Assembly (NCBI RefSeq): GCF_964204645.1
Contig: NC_134025.1
Location: 5,270,001-5,334,000, forward strand
Length of the DNA stretch: 64,000 nt
Direction: 5' to 3'
DNA from: Tubulanus polymorphus
Lineage: Eukaryota > Animalia > Nemertea
Shown here: positions 40,218 through 54,083 of the stretch, piece by piece
Layout of the letters: every line of letters starts with the position of its first letter
Numbering within the stretch: position 1 is the stretch's first letter
Translations under genes and position numbers: made by a program
The notes under the pieces: generated by a model
What the model was told of the DNA's origin: nothing
Databases searched by the model: none
What the model saw: the letters and a program-made list of their open reading frames with translations, nothing else

Positions 40218-42167
40218 TTCAAGGCCCAGAAGTACAGAACGTCGTTTTAAGCATGTGTGTGTGTGTGTGTCAGACAATGAAAACCAAACGTCTTTCGAGA
40301 ACACTTAACCCGTTAAACAGCTTTACCGTGCATCATCATCATCGTCATCCATCAACATTATTTAATTAGACTACATTATTGCAATCTGCATGTTGTTATA
40401 TCTTCAAGACTGCATAGGAATATTAAGAGATTAGGTATGAATAACAAGACTCCATATTGCCTGTATTCGGGTTACTTTATGCAGCCACGATTATGTCTCG
40501 ATGACAGTTAGGTCTCTTCTCCGCTTGGATCATCATATTTCTTATATTTTGATTTATGCAGGGAAGTGTCTCATCACACTTCCCTGATTTATGGGAGTAT
40601 TTTGTATAGTAATAGTCGCCTCTACTGATCTGGATTATATGTTTTATTTGTGTGTATTTATGTCTTGAGCAGCTCTAACGTTCAAGAACTTTCGTTGTCG
40701 GGCACTCATTTTGCAGATTTACAATATTGTCGAATCCACACGCTTGCTTTCCTAGTACAATGATCATTGCTTAACTGGGATTTGTCCGAACATTACTTCT
40801 TTTAACTCAAGAAGGTGTCCCTAATTGATTCAATTCCATCTAGCAATGGTTTCTTTCGGCAGGATGGAATTATTCAAAACTTCGGCTACAATTTCGAATT
40901 CAGTTCACCCGCTTAGTAGTTATATGTATATTGTAGTAAGTTATTTGAAGGATTAGTTGGTAGATATATCCACAATGTTGTGAATGGAATGAAAGATAAT
41001 AGCTAATATTGATATGTCATCACGCTGGTATTTTCAGTAGGAAGCTAAAAAAAAACCTGAAAAAGAAGTATTATCATATCGAATCAGGTTGTGGTCTAGT
41101 CATCGGAAGATGTTTATTATTGATCGTCGAAATGTCATTTAAGATTTATTTATTGAAAAATGCATGTTGAGCTATATGATAAGCATTAATAGTATACTGT
41201 AACTTTATTTTCTTTCATTCATGAATTTAATTTATTCTTTACTTTCCGCTAAAATTTGCTTTTGCTATAGAAATGCTTCTCACTTTTAAAATGTGTAATT
41301 ATCATATATATATATATATATATATATACACTCTTTCTCAAGCTACATGTATCAGAGAATTCTTTTAGAGACTACAAATATTGTCAAAAAATTACTTCTA
41401 ACTTGACTGAAAGTGAACCCGGTAATTTCAGTGTCAATTGGTGCTTTAGATAATGATATACGTAGATTTTATTCAGTCTAGACTTTTATAGTACATTGTA
41501 GTAGAATGAGAAATAATTTTATGCCAAAAACTGGCAAGATATCATTTAAAAATAAATCCAAGTTTTTGTTAAAGATTTTGTTGATTTAGATTAGACGAGC
41601 ATTATTTTTGAGTCCATCCTTTACCCTTAGTTCAGTAGTTGTCTTTTTATACATGTGTGTAACCGCATTTTATATCAAGAAGTTTTCTACTTATTGTTAT
41701 GAATAAATATCATAATTATGTCATTTGAACACATTGTTTTCTCTATTCTGCGAACGGATCAGCCATCTTGCATAGAACTGCTCCATTACGGTTGAGTGGA
41801 TCTAAGTAGGATTGCCTGGGACTGTAATTTCTGTCAGACTTGTATTCAGTTATACGTACCTGGATGATTTTGGTATTTTCTTATTAGTCGGACGGGGTTC
41901 ATATAATATATTTTGCATTAATGGACAGACAAGTGGCTAGATCAACTCATTCCTGTCACTCTCACTGATGGCGGGAGTCCATATTTCAGCTAATCAATGT
42001 CGCTCGCTGTAATGTGATAACTCTGTTAGCTGTTAGTGAATTTTCATTCAGAATGATGTCTTCTTATCTTAAATCAAAGTTAGACCTACGGAAATTTACT
42101 ATGCTTTCTCAATTGGACTAAGTGCTTAATTCAACATAAGGCATACATGTAGGCCTATATCACTTAC

Positions 42168-42310
42168 ACGTCATTTGGGACCAACAAAATTCATCTGGTT
42201 TACAGGAAAATCCGATTAAGTCATTTTTTTGTGTATTAATGAAAAGATGGACTGCAAATATTTTCCAAAATCTGGATTACTCTGAGCTGAATGAAGTGGA
42301 TTTGACTGTA
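42168..42310. mobile_element. Second, truncated copy of the Tc1/mariner-type MITE seen at 28035-28208
   Basis: Shares 'cattt.ggacc..aaattcatct', 'aaatcc.gatta', 'gatggactg.aaat' and the terminal 'tttgactgta'. Confidence 0.55.
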
Positions 42311-44074
42311 GGAAAGCTTATGCTAAAGTAAGCACTTTCAATGCAGATTCTGACTTCCAACAAATACCCGGTACAGCAGCATGGATAAAAACTAAGACCT
42401 TTGTGGGTTTAATTAAACAAATATTTATTTCAATACATTGTTTCACTGTACAAATACAAGGAATTCAACTGAGCTACCTGAGCAAGGCAGCAGTAGTAAA
42501 TGCGAATAATATTATTTTAACGGTCACAAAAAACATCATTGATTGCGCAATTTTTCATTCTATACCTATAATAATTACATGAAGGAGCTTTATTTGTGAT
42601 TGAATATCCATAAATTATTCCCTGAAAAAATGCAGATTAAGTTATTTTGAAAATGATTAAATGATTTTAACATTCATGAATGAAAATTTACTTACTACGT
42701 TATGATCTACTTTAGAAAGTGGCGGAATGTCACCCCAGTATGTTTTAAGTTATGGTGGCCATTTTGAAAGAGTGAGTAATGTGATTTTCGATAGGTGTAG
42801 TCTATGGACCTTCATGGACTTAGGTTATCCATGGACTTAGCACATTATACCTACCAACTTTTAACAAAATATGGGAAGAGCAAGAAACTTAATTTTCAAT
42901 AGGTGTAATCAGTGGACCTATACAATTTACCTACTAAGTTAAAATAAATACCTCCCTCCCAGGGTGACAATTAATGTATGAGACAAGAAGAGTCTATAAA
43001 ACCATAAGTTTTCAGACAATTTACACATTTAATAATTCTTAAATGTTACAACTAACTTTTAATCAACTTAAATACATGTACATGCTATCAGAACATCACC
43101 ATTAGAATACATGTAAATCGTTGCCCTCAGGTGGATTGGAATGATAACGCACCATAAAATGATTGTAATAAGTAGACTACTAAAATGCAGTCAACATATG
43201 AGTATATCTATATAAAAGGCCAGTACTCCAACAAGCTTAAAGCCAATTGTCCAGTTTTATGTTTAGTTAATAGCACAATCCAATGCAATATTGTGGTGTC
43301 TTGTTGGCTCATCTCCTGATACGAATTAAAGGTTGACATGGATAAAGAATATGAACCTCATTTGGTTATACAGTATCCTGCTACTGAGCATGTAAATGGC
43401 AAGAAAACTGCGTAAAACTTAACTTGAATTCCTTAGTTTCAAATAATGTACAAAGGTAATATTTTGGTTTCAAGAAGTTATTAATATTAAATGCACATGT
43501 TTGAGCTGTACGTGAGAAGCAGGTGAGTTTTTCGATCAAACCAATTTCCTAAAAATGACTACAATCTTTAGAAGTTAAATATTACACCGGTCCCCCCCCC
43601 GTTATAACAAATCCCGATAATATCATAATAGACAATTAGTTTTATGATCAAATATCCTAGCGATAGGTACTGCTTCAAGATATATATGCGAAAAAAATAG
43701 AAGTTGACAAAAACTTTGTATACACGTACTGGTATGTACATGTACATTAGGAATGCTCTTTTATCGAATACATGTAATTCTAATAGACTGACCTAATTAT
43801 GAGTAAAATTTTGGAACTTATCTCAGAATAGGTCGTAACGACAAAGCACATTATCTAAGAATGAGTTGAAATTTGCCACGTGCAATCTAAGTACAAGATA
43901 TAATGAAAAATTACTCTAATCATCATTATCATCATCCTATGTCTGTTCATTCTTACGACTACTTTCCACACAACACAAAATTTACGAAACATACATTCAT
44001 CAATGATATAAAACATACATGAGCCAACACCATTATCAAATGGAAGCACCAAAATTCGACACCTCCGTACAAAA

Positions 44075-45823
44075 TCAGTCCGTTCCAAAATACTTCTGTC
44101 CGAAATGATTTGGAGCAATTGGGTGGATTTCTGATGTCAACATCTTCAAACTTGGATATTCCTGGCACACGACTTTGGCCGCTGAAAATATTTTAATTCA
44201 TCATATTTCAAGCCATAATTTGAATTAAGGTGTAAATAGTATATCATTGAAAGAGTTTTACTCCACAGAAAGCTGTTTGTCTCTTACCAATCGGCGTTGT
44301 GAATAAATTCAGCAGAATTATGTTTTTCTCCTCAACGCTGTGTTCTTTTAACACTTTTACTGCTTGAATAACAGTATTTCCAGTACCTATATAAAACAGG
44401 GTGAATATTCGATATACAAAATGAGTAGACTGGGAACAAAGCAAGAAGCATTGATTGAAAGATTATATTTTCATCTTCTTTCAACTTACTCATGATAGGA
44501 TACATAAGCAGAACTTTTCGTTTGTGAATATCTGGAGGAAATTTTGAATAGTAAACCTTCGCTTCATGAGTGTCTTCATCGCTTTGAATGAGAATCTTTC
44601 CTATACGAATTGAGCGGCAGCAATCACGAAGTCCTTGTTCCATTGCTTCGCCTAAGATGAAAAAAAACTCTTGTTAACAGCACAGGAATCCTAGACAGAA
44701 GCAGTGTCTTCAATTCATAGGAATACACTATTGGCACTGAAAATACAACTTCAACTCACCACTACGCATTATGCTAACACCACAATTTCCTTTTTCATAC
44801 CTTAAACCTTCATATTTATACCCTTCAAACAAATAAAAACATTCATTTCAAACAATAGCAGAAATAATCATTATAACTTTGCCAGCTACCAAGGTAGTTA
44901 TTGTCCATTGAACCTGATAGCGATATAGTAAACAGCAATTCTTCTAACCTGTTGGAGTTGTAACTGAACATTTTGAGTATGGCAGTTGATTAAGACCTTC
45001 TTCAACTATCAGTCGGATCTGAAATAGAAACCAGTGTAGACATCGTTCTCATTTGTCATATGCCTATCAAGTTCAAGGCTGAAGTCCTATGAAAAAAAGT
45101 TTGCTATGAATTTCATTGAGTGAAATGGGTTCAGCTGCTTTTTTGTCACACAGTATCCCTCACAACTCAGACTCCTCTCTATCAATTGACTGATTAAAAA
45201 TGTTGCCTTTAAACGGTTCACTTACTAATCTATCTGCAAAGAATATGAAGTCCCCTCTGCTGGTCGATCTAATGAAGAAAATGTTTTAAATTTATTACAT
45301 TATCTACTCACTAGATAATCATATGCTGGAATCAAAGTGTCAACACAAAAATGGTTTTTGAAATGTGCCAATTCATTTTTGTCATTCACATGTCATTATC
45401 ACTGATTATAGATACCACAGCACAACACCCTCAGCAAGTGGTGCCCTCTACTCTAAATAAGGCACCAAAGGCTAAGCATGCTGCCTGGTTCATATTTCAA
45501 GAAATTAAATCAGACAACCAGACATCTTTTATCAAAAATCTAAGATTCTATCGCAATTTACCCAAAACCCACAACTTTTTTAACAACAATCAATAGCCTT
45601 TATTGTTTGAGACACAATAACTGAAAAAGGACAATGAACTTCAAAAAAACCCTGCTTCGACCTCGTCTTTTTGGTTTACTAAGCCTTACCTATCACGTAA
45701 AACCGTATGTAGCTCCTTTATTTGGTCAGTAACCTTTAAAACATTTAAATGCTTTATTTGTTCTTTTAACTTCGTTAAATCATTGTCGACGTGGAGAGAA
45801 TTTTGTATCAAATCTGGCTCCAT
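44075..45823 (-). CDS. UPRT: Uracil phosphoribosyltransferase homolog (7 coding exons)
   Basis: 'QIKELHTVLRD', 'FIFFADRL', 'VEEGLNQLPY', '[31 protein letters not shown]', 'VLLMYPIMSTGNTV', 'NHFGQKYFGTD*'. Confidence 0.96.
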
Positions 45824-46096
45824 TTTGCAACGTTTTAAGTTCCGAGAAGTGGAGACCAAACAACACCTAAATTGTAATTCTACGCTGCGATATAAGTGCC
45901 AAAATTCTGTTACTCACAGAGATAATAGAACCTTCCGGTAACTATAACGTTATAAGAATTAAGAAGACTCGATAAAAATGAGATGTAATAGAATGACATG
46001 AAAGTAAAGTATGATAAACAGAAATATTGGCGTATTGATATGAGTATTTATAGAGGGCAGCACGTACCGGTAAACATTGGGGCCTAAACATCGACG

Positions 46097-49000
46097 ATGG
46101 CTTGTCGATTGCTCTCCGTTTCATCACCAAAAATATCCCAAATCTTTCAGAAATGTGCTCCTTGCCGAGTATTGAAAATACGAGCACATTCTTCACTTTC
46201 AAATAATCAAAATGTATTTGTTAAAAATGTTCAAGCAACGAGGAAACCGACGGTAAAACGCTATACTAATTAGCTTCATCGAGTTCAATTATCCATAGTC
46301 AATATTTTATTAGATCAGATGAACGATCAAATGATTGTGTTTGATAAATGGTAATTCTCAAGTTCTTGATTTTAGTTCAATCAGCCTGTGTCCAAAATTT
46401 ACAAAAATCATCGACGACTTGCTGGAGAAAATGCGTTCACTAAGAAGACCAGTCAAAAACCTAACATCTTGCCCCAGAAATCGGTTACTAATACCGTCAA
46501 ACGAACTTGTTTTCACCCTGGAGCGAGTACTCTCAGCCCGAATGCCATAAGCGTTCCTCAAAAAGAAGTGACAGGATGGGAGATCATCAAAAACATGTTA
46601 GCCTATGTTTGGCCTAGAGATAAGCCGGGAATTCGAGCTAGAGTTGTAGCTGCGTTTGGTTTACTTATAGGATCTAAGGTGCATCTACTAATTCACTGAA
46701 ATATTGGCTGATTTTGATAATTTACTGTCATGCTTATATCTGTAGTCGTCTTGATTTCAGGTTTTGATCATTCAAGTTCCATTCCTGTTTAAGCATATCG
46801 TTGATTATCTGAATAATTCTGACAATATTCTGAACCTGGCTACAGCACAGGGTACGGTTATTACAATGGCTACAGCTATCATAGTCGGATGTAAGTATGA
46901 TAATCCTCTAGTCCATATTTTCTCTCTTCAAATTTTTATAGCAATTTCTAATTACAGATGGTATGGCAAGAGCCGGTGCTTCATTATTCAATGAATTGAG
47001 AAACGCGGTGTTTGCCAAAGTAGCTCATAATTCAATTCGAACTGTCGCTCGCAATGTCTTCCTTCATCTACACAATTTGGATTTGAAATTTCATCTTTCC
47101 AGACAAACTGGAGCTCTTTCTAAGGCTATCGACCGGGGCACCAGGTAATTTGTTAATCCTACATGTTAAAAGTGATGAAATCCCCGGATTTCTGATATTT
47201 ATTTGTATTTATTCAGGGGTATCAATTTTGTAATGAGCGCTTTGGTGTTTAATGTTGGTCCTACAATATTTGAAGTGGCACTAGTTAGCAGTTTACTGGT
47301 AAGTTCACGTTGACATTAATTATAGTCTCCATTAAAATGAATTCAACATGACCATTTTCATCACTTCTGGGTTTATTTTAGTACTATAAATGTGGTGGAC
47401 AATTCGCGTTGGTAACGTTAGGTTGTATTTCAACATATGCTGCTTTTACACTAGGCATTACAGCATGGAGGTAAATTACATCTGTACTTTTCTACAATCA
47501 TTTCCATCAAATGCTTCTGAATCTTGTCCAGGTCATTTGCTGGATGTATCTACATTTGTACATTTTTCCTAGAACTAAATTCCGTGTACAGATGAATAAA
47601 GCTGATACTGAAGCCGGTTCTCAAGCTATTGATTCTCTTATCAATTATGAAACTGTAAAGGTAGATTTATGGAGGATAGATTCGATTATCTAATTTCTTG
47701 TGTTTGAGTAACAGTTCAAGAGTTTCTATGTAAATGCGTCTATTTGTTGATACAGTACTTCAACAATGAACAATATGAAGCTGAAAGATATGATAAAGTT
47801 TTGGCAACATATGAACAAGCATCACTGAAGACAAACACAAGTCTTGCACTTTTGAACTGGGGACAGAATGCAATATTTAGCGCCGGTTTAACTGCAATAA
47901 TGTATCTAGCCAGTCAGGGTATCATAGATGGTAAGTAGAAATCATATGTATATGCTTGATGATAAGTTTTGGTATTACATGTAGCAAAATCTTTTAATTG
48001 CTTTATTACAGGAACTCTTACTGTTGGTGATCTAGTTATGGTGAATGGATTGTTATTCCAGCTTTCATTGCCGCTCAACTTTCTCGGGTCAGTTTATCGA
48101 GAAGTTCGACAATCCTTGATCGATATGCATACCATGTTTAGTTTGCTACATCTGAAATCAGATATTCAGGTATTTCACAAAAGTCTGAAAATATAAGCAT
48201 TGGAATTATTAAGCTGACAGGCTTCTAATTGTAAAATTAGTTTTTACCACAACCTACCAAGGTCCCATACCTCCCCGCATAAACTCCAGGTAATTGAACT
48301 AATTACTGTTATTTTTTGTTACTTGTAGCAAATACATGGAGCTCAGGATCTGACGGTAACACGTGAGCATTCTGCTATAACCTTTGACAATGTCAAATTC
48401 TCGTATACGAATGGCCAACATGTTTTCAATGGATTATCGTTCACTGTCCCTACTGGCAAAAAGGTTGCGTTGGTCGGTGGCAGTGGTTCAGGGTAAGTAA
48501 CTCCATGAATTGGTTAACAATGTCATCTTTATCGTCATCTTCATAAAATTGTCAACACCTTATAAGTTTATTTTGTGTGTATGTATATGAATTTTGCGTA
48601 TTCTTTCAGAAAGTCAACTATAGTTCGTCTGTTGTATCGTTTCTATGACCCATCTGAAGGTCGTGTGTTGATCAATGGCCACGATATAAAAGATGTAACT
48701 GTTTCTAGTTTACGGAATGCTATTGGTGTCGTACCTCAGGTATGTACATGCATTATATCACTGCATAATTCTATAACATATCCTTACTGGGTATGACCAT
48801 TGTTATCAGGCGAGGAATATCTTAACCAAATAATTGGGTTGTTTAGAAAATAATGTTGCTTTCATATATCGGTATATTTGCAGGATTCCGTGTTGTTTCA
48901 CAATACGATTTTCTACAACATCAAATATGGTGATATCAATTGCACTGCTGAAGATGTCTATAAAGCGGCTAAACTTGCAGATGTTCATGACTCGATAACT

Positions 49001-49752
49001 CGGATGCCAAATAAATATGAAACCCAGGTGAGAAAAGAATCCGAGCATTCATTCCAAATGAATGCACCTATGATTTCTCCTAATTTGAGGTATTGAGAGC
49101 TTAATTCAGATTATGGTTTACTCATATGCGCACTTGTCTATTGAATTCAGAGCAAAGCATGGTTTACTGTACAAAATGTATGACAATTTTCTATTGACAG
49201 GTGGGTGAACGGGGACTCAAATTGTCTGGAGGCGAGAAACAGCGTATTGCAATCGCCCGTGCCATGCTGAAAGATCCGTGTATATTGATCTACGATGAAG
49301 CTACGTCTTCACTGGATTCAATTACTGAACAGGTATGTACATGGTATCAAAATAGTTGTCTTTTTGAAAACAGAATAACCAGGGTATATGGAAACAAATG
49401 AATTACCTGTATGCGCGGTAAAATGTTCGAACATCCTAGATTATGGAGCGTTGTAGTAGATGAAAAGTGGATCTATTATTTCTTTCAGAATATTCTCGGT
49501 GCTTTGAATAATGTGACGGAGAACCGTACAACTGTTGTGATCGCTCATAGGTTGTCAACCGTAGTCGACGCCGATGAGATTTTAGTACTCGACAAGGGAG
49601 CGATCATCGAGAGAGGAAACCATTATCAACTTCTTTCGAACGAACACAGCAAATATTCGGAACTGTGGCTCGCACAGAATAAAGTGGCTTTAAGTATGAC
49701 ATCCACGGACAATGTAGATAGCATTACGGAAATGGAAGATATACGGACTTAG
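46097..49752 (+). CDS. ABCB7: Mitochondrial Fe-S cluster ABC transporter ABCB7/ATM1 (multi-exon)
   Basis: Basic/Ser-rich presequence exon from ATG 46097; 'MLAYVWPRD'; '[13 protein letters not shown]'; '[21 protein letters not shown]'; '[15 protein letters not shown]'; Walker A GGSGSGKST; signature LSGGEKQR; DEATSSLD; IAHRLST. Confidence 0.97.
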
Positions 49753-51038
49753 TGTGTAAAAAATAGGTTATTTATTTAACTGGAACGTTTTAATGCTCTC
49801 ACCACCTGTAAGGATATTTCAGCGTACTATGCACTTCTGACACTTTTAGCTTACTGCACATGGCAGATTTTTATAGCGGTATTTATACCAGTTCATGGAA
49901 TCCATCCACGTGACCAAAATCTGGTATCATTCTAATTGAGTTGAGAGATTCTGTGTTAACTATAACACAATCTGAATGTTGAAAATGTCATTACCCTCTT
50001 AACATTTCAATACATATATGAATAACCTTGTTAATCTTCGGGCATGCAAGAGGGATAATTTTGAAATGAAAAATCATGTACATGCAATGAAAAGAAGCAA
50101 ATGAAAAGCGTGTGCTGCTCCTCCGATCTGCAGATATCAAGGATTGATCGATATTGTAGTTTTGATTATGTCAATGCCCCTGAAAATGTTCCCAGATTCA
50201 TGAAGGGCATTGTACTTACTTATGGTTTTATTTATTTTATAAGACAAATCTGGGGTTTTTAAGAATAATTGTGTCCTATTCCTAAACGAATTGTGAATTT
50301 GGATGCTTCATACCCACTAATACTAAAAACAGTATTTTAGATATTTACTATTGTGAAAAATTATTTTTATTTGATTGAAATAAATATGTATATAATATTT
50401 TGACGATTCAGTTTATTCTATTACTGTGATTAAGGATATCTGTCGGCCGTTGGTGAGGAGGAATTAGAACACATCACAATTTTTAATCCGGTGGAATATT
50501 TTAAAAACAACTGAATTGGTGGTTACAATACGAGGATCAAGATTTGCCGATTTTCATGTACTTGTATTCTCGGAAATAACATTCATCCCTAAACTATGAA
50601 AATTACGTCTCCAGAGACCAAAAAGCTTATCTACCACAGTTATTTCTGTTGGTGGTTTGAAAAATGTTTTGTTATGACGTAGGTTGCTTTTCGCCGCATT
50701 ACTCGAAGTATATAACTTCATACATGATTTTTACACTATATATATAAATAACCTGGTTACGCACACAATTATCTCTCGTCTATACTGCTATGCTGCTAAT
50801 ACTAGTAGAAGAACAGTATATACCAGCAGGATAATACTGGAAACTCACCTACTTGACTCTGCGAATAGTTGTTGGAATATATCTAACAAAAGGTAAAAAG
50901 CGACAAAATTATAAATCATGCCATGGGTCACTTGCTTTAAGTTTGTAATGATCTCGCACCCAATCTGATGGCTTTCAAGGAAGATATCGGTAAAATTTTT
51001 ACATAAATGTTGTTTTTTTATCTCAAAAGTTTGTTAGA

Positions 51039-52394
51039 ATGGCGTGTCGAGCGTCGTTATTTGCTGTTAGTCTTATATTCTTCATCAACGACGTTTTCCC
51101 GTTGGAATCTCGACCGAGACCGTTGGCTCAAGTGACTCCGGTAGAAAGGTCTTGGCATGTGTTGGACTACCCGAATCCTCAGGTGAACATTACTAAATGC
51201 GGAAGAAGAGTTCGTCGCTCGTGGATCTGTGATCCAAACAATCTTTTGAAATTTGAAGAAGGTAACCGTGTGATCATCCCCTTTTGATGTTGTTGTACCT
51301 GAACAATTGAATGATAAAATCTCAACATATTAAAATAAAATTCTTTTGCTACCGTACACCAAATTGACATAAATGAAGAGATCTTTGGAAATAATTGATG
51401 GCTCTGTTTTTTGCAAGCGAATGAATTGGACTCGTTGATTGCTGATATCCAAAGAGATACACTGTGTCCTTGTAGTCGAGATATTTGTTATCGGGATGGC
51501 AGAGGGTATGTCATCTCTATCGCTTTAGTGAACAAATTGACCACAGATTCCAGGTAAAAAAAACAGCTGAGTATACTGTTCGTATGGCCCGGCCTCGGGA
51601 AACTATTCGTTAATTATGCGGTTTCATACACAGGCAACAAGGTATGGCACAGCAGGTCGAAAACGGACGAAAATTTGTTAGAAATCTCGAAAAGTACAAT
51701 TACGCATTTGATCGATGTGATGAAGATGTTATCATCATGTATTCTAGGGATGACAACATCGTAAGTTTCTGGGCCGTCGTGTTTCACGAATTTGGGCATG
51801 ACCAGCGTGCATTGTCTTAAAAGAGTAGATTTTGCATTATAAAACTTATAAATTTTCAATTTTTAACAGTGAAGGCGAAATCGAATCTTATTTATTCCTG
51901 TTCACAGATTTACACTTTGACTGGGTTGAAAGCAAGGGAAAAGTTGACTGATCAAATATTATCGGATATCACACGGGATGCCACTGTTTACTTCATGCAC
52001 AATTTGTTTATGGGTCTCAAACATATGCTCTATGGAATAAGGTACGTATGATAATATTCAACAAACGGCAATACACAGATTGAACATTATTTTCAAGTTC
52101 ATAGATCTCAAGATTGTGCTTCGAATAAAATGGAAATGATACCAGATTTCCAAAATATTATAACTTGATAACTAAAAAAGAAAATATCTGTTATTTTTTA
52201 GATCTGTGCTTGAAGGCCGATATTTGGAATATAGAACTAATCTACAAGATATGGACACCCGATACGCACCTCTTAGTGCCGCGCAGAGGCAACAACCTTC
52301 AAATTCACTCAGTTCTTCTGCAACCTCTTTCGACATAATTACCAATTTCATGTTGATCATATCAATCGTTTTCGTAAGATTAAGCTTATCCTAA
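51039..52394 (+). CDS. MOLO-1-like / TPM-domain extracellular protein, probably GPI-anchored (5 exons)
   Basis: Signal peptide; 'W...DYPNPQVNITKCGR..SWICDPNNLL'; 'TLCPCS...C..GYVISIALVNK'; 'CDEDVIIMYSRDDNIIYTLTG..AREKL'; Ser-rich spacer and a terminal hydrophobic stretch with no cytosolic tail. Confidence 0.8.
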
Positions 52395-52602
52395 ACCTAG
52401 TATTATACTTTTTGATATCGTTAGCATTTACTCATTTATATTCTGTATCATCAGATAGAATATACTGTGTTGCTTGGTATGCAGCCTGTTCGCAGTTTGG
52501 ACGCTACAAAATTTAAAGTTTTATTTGGAAAATAAATTTTCATTAATCGAAAACCACTATTGTTGTCTTTCGATCCAAATATCTACAAATTATTATGTAT
52601 CT

Positions 52603-52820
52603 CAGGGGTGGATCTAGGAAAATTGGAAGGCCAGGGTACAGTAGAAAAGGCATGATCAGCCATGCCATAGACCAGTTGCGATGTTAGATATTTCTGAAGA
52701 AATGTTTCCGAGAATTTATGATTTGTCAATGTCAGATTTTAACGATCTTTTGTCTTGACGAATAAGGCAACCTCAGTGGGAAGGCAGGGGTCTGGAGCAC
52801 CTCCCCTAAATCCGCTCCTG
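52603..52820. mobile_element. hAT-like MITE (218 bp)
   Basis: TIRs CAGGGGTGGATCTAGG / CCTAAATCCGCTCCTG (13/16 match). No clear 8-bp TSD. Confidence 0.6.
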
Positions 52821-53049
52821 TATTTTCGTAATAAATAAACGCACTGTGTATGAAGACCTTTTTAACTCCATAGAGAGCAAACGCAAGTCGCGCTGTCAAT
52901 TGGTGTTTAAATTCGCACGATGGATCGCACATTTATCTTATCTTTTTGAATAATCTTCACAACGCAAATGTTGACAGTGGCACTCGGTTTAGTGGATATA
53001 TTTCAACTGAACTTCTCTACACACCGTTTTTTTTAACGAAATATCCAGC

Positions 53050-53447
53050 ATGTTCTGTCGGGTCACCGCGTTTTTGGTCGTTTGTCTCGTGCTAATTTTT
53101 GGTCAGGCAGAAGCTAAATGCAGCACGTGCACAGCTTACGATGGTAGCGGACAAATTTGTAAAACTCTTGAGATCAGATGTAACGCCGTTTTAGATTGTG
53201 CAGATGGTCTGGACGAATCCGATTGCGGATGTGAGTAAAAAATCTGTTTGCTAATTTGATTATGGGACATGAACTTGTTTCAGGAAATGAGTATAAAGTT
53301 TAAACCTTCTCTTTAGTAAACGTATGTGCCAAAAACGGAGGTGTTTATTGTGAAAGCGACCAACTCGATGTCGTTAAAAGGCTGTGCGTTAAGCGATGCG
53401 ATGGTGTGAAACAATGCGTCGACGGCCAAGACGAAATTGGATGTTAA
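53050..53447 (+). CDS. Small secreted protein made of two LDL-receptor class A-like modules (exons 53050-53230, 53317-53447)
   Basis: Signal MFCRVTAFLVVCLVLIFGQAEA; module 1 '...RCNAVLDCADGLDESDC'; module 2 '...RCDGVKQCVDGQDEIGC*'; six Cys each; phase-1 GT-AG intron; AATAAA downstream. Confidence 0.85.
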
Positions 53448-54083
53448 ATTTCAAAATCTTATTCGTGTTCGAAGAGTCGAAATACAACATACTTTTCGTT
53501 TGAATTTTGTTTTTTTCTTGTCACCTGATTTTTAAATCATAACCCGCAACCCGCACCGTTATTGCAATTTAATAAATTGTATTAGTCACCAAACGGGGCT
53601 TTATATATCAAATAAAACGTGCTACTTTTACGTTTAGAATTAACAAAATCCGTTTTAAGATGTCGAAATTTTTACAATTTGTTTAATGGACGTCCTATAA
53701 TGGTTGGATTGCTCCTGGTGTATTTGCTCTCGGGTCGAGTTTCATTCTATTCTAATTAAGAACTGAGACGCGCCATTGAATCTGTCGCATTAACCGCATA
53801 ATCAGAATTTGAAATCAGAAAAGCGCACGCTGTTTTGATTGTACTTCAATTTCATTTGATAATAGTTTCTGTTTAGTTACGAACAATCAAGTTGAAGTGC
53901 GTGTAATTTAATTGAAATAAGAGGTAAAGAGAAGTATACGTTTGACTAGTAATAGCGATCCGCATTTCAGCTCTCTGGCCACAAGCGGAATGTTATTTGT
54001 AACACATCGCTTTGTAATGTGCGAAAAACATTAGATATACAGTTTGAGGATGGATATACAATCTTCTTTATGCAAGGAGCAAA

